Shown here: positions 60,401-64,000 of the stretch, in pieces | Numbering within the stretch: position 1 is the first letter of the stretch | Layout: every line of letters begins with the position of its first letter | NCBI GenBank assembly: GCA_028377305.1 | Contig: JAONJW010000008.1 | Span: 1,455 to 65,454, forward strand | Direction of reading: 5' to 3' | Source of the DNA: Prolixibacteraceae bacterium | GTDB taxonomy: Bacteria; Bacteroidota; Bacteroidia; Bacteroidales; Prolixibacteraceae | DNA length: 64,000 bases | Notes under the pieces: model-generated | What the model was told of the DNA's origin: nothing | Database searches by the model: none | What the model saw: the letters and a program-made list of their open reading frames with translations, nothing else | Position numbers and translations under genes: made by a program

Positions 60401-60966
60401 AGAAAAATGCAAAAAAACTAATTGAAGAGGTCGAGAAACAAAGTAAAGAAACCGTAAAATGGAGAAACCTTACAGAACTGATTGGTGATGCTAGTGGGAA
60501 TAAATTTGCTAAATATGCACAAGAGTTGACACTACGAAAACTATTGTATCATGCCAACAAACACTTGAATAATCTTACAGACAGATACTGGATTAGCTAT
60601 CAAAAAACAGATAAGATTGATGACCTATTTATTGTGGATACTTACCATGGTGACAGTATGCGATCTGTCAAAACCCTTTCAGGAGGAGAAAAGTTTATTG
60701 TCAGCCTATCATTAGCGATCGCTCTCTCTGAACTGGCAGGTCGTAATACACAGATAGAATCACTATTTATCGATGAAGGTTTTGGAACCCTAGACCAAGA
60801 AGCATTAGATGTTGCCTTAAATACACTTGAAAAATTACAAGTTGAGCAAAATAGAACTATTGGTATTATTAGTCATGTAAAAGAGATAAAAGATCGTATA
60901 GCAACACAAATATCGCTGCAAAAACAGAGTAATGGCTATAGTACATTAGAAATCTTCTCACAGTAA
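57421..60966 (+). CDS. sbcC: Exonuclease SbcCD subunit C (Rad50-like)
   Basis: Walker A GPTGSGKST, coiled coils, zinc hook CPLCG, LSGGE, FIDEGFGTLD, IISH. Confidence 0.96.
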   Translation: MKIRNITIENIHSLKGRHTINFDQKPLADTGIFAIIGPTGSGKSTILDAICLALFNQTPRTGKLSKTEVANYGAIMTRNTKSALAEVTYEVNGQTYRSKWMISSTRTGTLRDYDMELVKINDGEDEIISVKRKYIPTENSQIIGLNFDQFIKSMMLSQGAFTKFIEANSNERGELLEKLTGTEVYRKIGIEAFDRNKEEQQKLEQLKLELSYLHILTSDELQTIQLEKKQHLEKIENLFAELKTAQSQQQLHIQKEGIIAQIQKDQVTKDYITEKLLSFEKKRDQISQHEKITPYLVDIDKYKQKKSLYIECKSAITELLGVVERGAIELKLHQSSFKQEQEQLDLAKEQYLKLQPLWQEVEQLDQKINIIAENRATLEKQKASLTKQENHRAIQIQSIDSQLSQLSIEQEKQKKLLGREKEIGAYKLNITLNESTYNQWIQCRKEIKQIIQQHSNNPTIISIEQQSEIDDKLAHITNSQQAALEYIKTKRDELSELDETSLDKEHHTNSLLLSSITSLKTLLEKEHEIKNLIDQEIKNQDRIDRELTTLRQELEHKKGRYQILQLRLKELLTKQKRELLEAKYSDDRQRLTVGSPCPLCGALEHPYSEHDGKTNIDNTSKEINKAEEQVASEQKALDKLQQNLTKLLTTKEQGGAWIKKWKQLLVEQQEAKHKLTNTKSYLNNTLSQLNLKQKKLEDRQDQIDQFKRLFGQLKDATIRKIMIDELHQKYELLHGYQSNLRSHGFHKIESPLLLKEEIDNRKEMILHFEKAKDQSERVVKQVNDLHSQKQIHISEKKSESQQAQSLQMEMDNIGNEQSKIAKKRISLLDDKSPKEEEKHWQTKLTDQQEHVTILEKKKIVANENYEFHKKSLKQNEVELDQITKEFNSLSEQIHDIITTLGYSNIESLIQDILSQERYQFLKEELKQLEEQKIRVSELLILSEERLKKIKSEVEPNRDITFWNSTLETLQNQHNDLLKVMGIIENKLKQNDLNKKNAKKLIEEVEKQSKETVKWRNLTELIGDASGNKFAKYAQELTLRKLLYHANKHLNNLTDRYWISYQKTDKIDDLFIVDTYHGDSMRSVKTLSGGEKFIVSLSLAIALSELAGRNTQIESLFIDEGFGTLDQEALDVALNTLEKLQVEQNRTIGIISHVKEIKDRIATQISLQKQSNGYSTLEIFSQ

Positions 60967-61220
60967 AAAAACCAAAGATAATCATGGTAAAGTGTTTCAA
61001 AAATAAACCCCAATAATCTATGAAATAACATATTATACCAATTGTGTATTTCATCCTATGATCGGAATTCATTTTTAAAACAATTATTGGATTTTATAAC
61101 GTGGACACCTCATTTAAATTTGATCCAACAATAGACGGCTCCGATAGGAGATAGTGATTATTTGACGACTCAAGTCTGAAGCTAAGGTGGGCAAATGAAA
61201 ATAATGATTGGTTAAAGTTT

Positions 61221-61265
61221 AAAGAGGTCTAATTTAAACAACAATTATTTAAATTAGACCTCTTT
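61221..61265. repeat. Perfect 18-bp-arm inverted repeat
   Basis: AAAGAGGTCTAATTTAAA-N9-TTTAAATTAGACCTCTTT. Confidence 0.8.
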
Positions 61266-61560
61266 GGTTAATGGTCATTATCTCATCATGTTCTTTATCT
61301 TCATCATGGTAAAATCGTGTTCTAATATAACCCAACAGACATAAATTATGCACAAAACAAATATCACAACACAATAATATTGGTATACACACATAGTCTA
61401 TAGTACCAAAGTTGTGCTCCAAACGGTAAAATGTGATACAAATGTTCGTTTTTAATTGATCAGCCCTAGACCATGTACCAATAGTACACTTTTTAACCTT
61501 AAGAGTGCTTCTCTTCTTCTATATTTGTAAGAAATACGATAATAATATAAATCATTTAAG

Positions 61561-63132
61561 ATGATAAAGAAAAACATTTTCTTAGCATTTACCTTTGCGC
61601 TTGGATTAACCTTAAACACCAAAGCTCAAGAGTGTAAAACTTGGGATAAATTTCTTCACCAAAAGAAGAACCACCAAGAGACAGATCTACCTGATTTCAG
61701 TTACGCTGGCTATCACAGAGGTGAAAGAGGAATTCCTGATGCCGACTATAAAGTTTTCGATGTAACAAAATACGGCGCCAAGCCAAATGATAAAAAGTCT
61801 GATCGAAAAGCTGTAATAAAAGCAATTCGTGCAGCAGAAAAGAATGGATCTGGTATTGTATTCTTTCCTCCTGGAGAATATCGTCTTCAAGAGAAGAAAG
61901 ACTCTACAACTCCTATCTCAATTAAAGGAGATAGAATTGTTCTTCGAGGAAGTGGTTCAGGCGAAGGCGGTACAAAATTATATTTTGCACACGACCTGCC
62001 TCCTACCAATCCTAAGAAACTGTGGACATGTCCATATTTGATTGAATTCTCTGCAAAAGGCAAAGACACCTATATTTCCAATGTACTTAATGACCTTAAA
62101 AAAGGAGAGAATACGGTTGAACTACTTTCTGCTTCTGAGTTAAAGGAAAACCAATGGGTTTATATTCGCCTGAGCAATACGGATACTGAACTTATCGAAC
62201 ATGAAATGTGTGGGTGCCATGTAGATAAATCATGGAAATCTATAAATGAGACCAAGGGTATCTTTATCAAGGAATATCACCAAATTAAATCTATCGATGG
62301 AAATAAAGTTACTTTCTACGAACCAGTAATGCACAAAGTAGAGAGCAAATATAATTGGAAATTCTATACTTTTGCTTCTATTGAAGAAGTAGGTGTAGAA
62401 GATCTCTCTTTTGTTGGAAATTGGAAAGAGAACTTTGTTCACCACAAAAATGCACTCCACGATGGAGGATTCTCTGCTGTGAAAATGGGACGTGTAGTGA
62501 ATAGCTATATGCGTAGATGTTCTTTTCACGACTTCAATCGTATCGCACACATCTCAAGCTCCTCAAATGTTTCTGTTGTAAACTGTTTGATCACTGGAAC
62601 TCCAGGACACAGTTCAATAGGCTCTAGTGCATCATCAAGAGTATTCTTGGGCAAGATTAATGATCAATCATCTCAATGGCACGCACCAGGAGTAGCAGGC
62701 GCAACTATGGGAACAGTAATTTGGAGAGTACGGTATACTGATCAAACAAGTTTTGAAGCCCATGCATCACAACCAAGAGCAACACTATTCGACTGTGTAG
62801 AAGGTGGATTCTTCTTAGGGCGTGCTGGAGGTGCAAGACAAAACCTTCCAAATCACATGGAAGATTTAATCCTGTGGAACTTCAAAGAGACTGATACTGC
62901 AGAACAAGGATTTGAATTTTGGTCTTCTAAAACATGGTTTTGGAAACTTCTTCCTCCAACAATCGTAGGTTTCCATGGTGCTGGAACAACCTTTGAGGCA
63001 TCTCAAGTAAAGATTGACGAATCACATGGAACTCCAGTTCAACCAGAATCTCTATACGAAGCACAGTTAGAACTTCGTTTAGGAAAACTACCAGAATGGC
63101 TAGTAGAACTAAAAAAGGTTAAGTTCCAATAG
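61561..63132 (+). CDS. Exported parallel beta-helix protein (pectate-lyase-3-like N-terminus, DUF4955 C-terminus); putative polysaccharide-active enzyme
   Basis: Signal peptide; LPDFSYAGYH.G, FDVT.YGA.PND..SD, VFFPPG.Y, C-terminal PESLYEAQL..R; TATATTTG box at 61520. Confidence 0.8.
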   Translation: MIKKNIFLAFTFALGLTLNTKAQECKTWDKFLHQKKNHQETDLPDFSYAGYHRGERGIPDADYKVFDVTKYGAKPNDKKSDRKAVIKAIRAAEKNGSGIVFFPPGEYRLQEKKDSTTPISIKGDRIVLRGSGSGEGGTKLYFAHDLPPTNPKKLWTCPYLIEFSAKGKDTYISNVLNDLKKGENTVELLSASELKENQWVYIRLSNTDTELIEHEMCGCHVDKSWKSINETKGIFIKEYHQIKSIDGNKVTFYEPVMHKVESKYNWKFYTFASIEEVGVEDLSFVGNWKENFVHHKNALHDGGFSAVKMGRVVNSYMRRCSFHDFNRIAHISSSSNVSVVNCLITGTPGHSSIGSSASSRVFLGKINDQSSQWHAPGVAGATMGTVIWRVRYTDQTSFEAHASQPRATLFDCVEGGFFLGRAGGARQNLPNHMEDLILWNFKETDTAEQGFEFWSSKTWFWKLLPPTIVGFHGAGTTFEASQVKIDESHGTPVQPESLYEAQLELRLGKLPEWLVELKKVKFQ

Positions 63133-63145
63133 AACAAATATATTA

Positions 63146-63481
63146 TTACGAAGCCATTCCTTTCGCGTATTGGCTTCGTGATAGATATCTCTCACATTGC
63201 ACCTTACGATCATATCCTAACATGATACCCAACATAAAGTCTTCTTCTGCTGAGAGCTCATTAAGCGGCTTATCACAGATTTTCTTCACAATGTTAACAC
63301 ACTCTTTTGCTCCAAAAAACACATTCACCTTCGTAGTGGTAACATCCTGAACATGGTAGTCAATATTAGATCCTTCAAGCCGCTTGATTGCCTCTTCTAC
63401 CATCATACGCCCCATGGTATGTAACACCAAATTTCTCAACCCTTTTTTATATTCATATACATGATGTACAAAAACTTTCAT
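63146..63481 (-). CDS. DUF2023 family protein
   Basis: HHVYEYKKGLR.LVL.T, N.FFG...C, EEDF.LG.MLGYD...QCERY. Confidence 0.88.
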   Translation of the reverse strand: MKVFVHHVYEYKKGLRNLVLHTMGRMMVEEAIKRLEGSNIDYHVQDVTTTKVNVFFGAKECVNIVKKICDKPLNELSAEEDFMLGIMLGYDRKVQCERYLSRSQYAKGMAS

Positions 63482-63564
63482 ACCACCCCCCTTATACTAA
63501 AATTAACATACAAAAAATAAGCCATAAAGAGATTGCTCCCCTCATGGCTTTCACCCACGATATT

Positions 63565-63999
63565 TTATTTCAACAGTGATTTAAAGCTTTCGACCCAATT
63601 GGTTACTCTATCCTCTGTTTCATCATCTGCATTATCTTGGTCTAACGGTAGTCCTACGAACTTACCATCCACCACTGCTTCTGACTCTTCATAGTCATAA
63701 CCATCTATATCTATAGCGCCAACTAAATTACATCCTTTATCCTTTACCGCTTCATAAATCTTACCCATACCGTCGACGAAAGTATCGCTATAACTCTCTG
63801 CATCTCCTAGTCCAAAAAGTGCAATCACTTTTCCTGTCAGGTCAGCCGATTCTAAGTCATCAATGGAACTATCCCAATCATCCTGCAGATCTCCACTACC
63901 CCAAGTAGAAGTACCAATGATAAGGTTGTCATACAATTCGAAATCCGAGGACGACATATCATCTACATTAAGAACTGACACATTAGCACCTAACTTCTC
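63565..63999 (-). CDS. fldA: Long-chain flavodoxin (5' end outside the window)
   Basis: GTSTWG.G.LQDDW, ALFGLGD...Y.DTFVDG, FVGLPLD.DN....T..R...W; frame open to the window edge. Confidence 0.92.
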   Translation of the reverse strand, partial: EKLGANVSVLNVDDMSSSDFELYDNLIIGTSTWGSGDLQDDWDSSIDDLESADLTGKVIALFGLGDAESYSDTFVDGMGKIYEAVKDKGCNLVGAIDIDGYDYEESEAVVDGKFVGLPLDQDNADDETEDRVTNWVESFKSLLK

Positions 64000-64000
64000 A

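Noticed and set aside
56190-60966. SbcC/SbcD-like pair as an anti-phage or Wadjet-type defence system
   Set aside because: Canonical sbcD-sbcC order and motifs in a housekeeping context, with no accessory defence genes.
2183-63579. Numerous 60-150 aa ORFs antisense to or overlapping confident genes (e.g. 33360, 42897, 47195, 49418, 62230)
   Set aside because: Shadow ORFs of well-supported genes with no recognisable motifs.
1-64000. CRISPR array, tRNA/rRNA genes, prophage, retron or DGR
   Set aside because: No regularly spaced direct repeats, RNA-gene signatures, phage genes or reverse transcriptase were seen.

Overview
AT-rich (roughly 35% GC by eye) bacterial chromosomal segment. The gene set and repeated TAnnTTTG -7 promoter boxes indicate Bacteroidota, probably a marine or anaerobic Marinilabiliales/Prolixibacteraceae-like lineage (inference). 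Positions 1-14 kb are an accessory, decaying region. It holds a large DUF3859-ended ORF cut by the window edge, a BamA/TamA-like plus DUF1254 operon, an MRJP-type lipoprotein, a signal-peptide nickel SOD and an aldo/keto reductase. It also holds an IS graveyard (two IS30 relics, a truncated IS3, a frameshifted IS256) and cstA and NAD(P)H-quinone oxidoreductase pseudogenes. Positions 14-64 kb are mostly housekeeping and metabolic genes: succinate CoA-transferase, long RluA, ECF sigma, nhaC, arylsulfatase, a MoxR/DUF58/DUF4381/VWA/VWA-TPR/BatD operon, nth, PPi-type PEP carboxykinase, rmuC, secA, lgt, pyk, trkH, plsC, manA, sbcDC, a DUF4955 beta-helix protein, DUF2023 and flavodoxin. No rRNA, tRNA or CRISPR array was seen. 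The most notable items are: a candidate ECF-promoter-driven sRNA of about 105 nt at 21.7 kb; a recurring ECF-like promoter motif ahead of envelope and oxidative-stress genes; a sulfatase divergently coupled to a non-canonical Bat chaperone operon; an output-less 4HB-HAMP sensor coupled to trkH; and several unusually long perfect palindromes. All family assignments come from motif recognition, not database searches.
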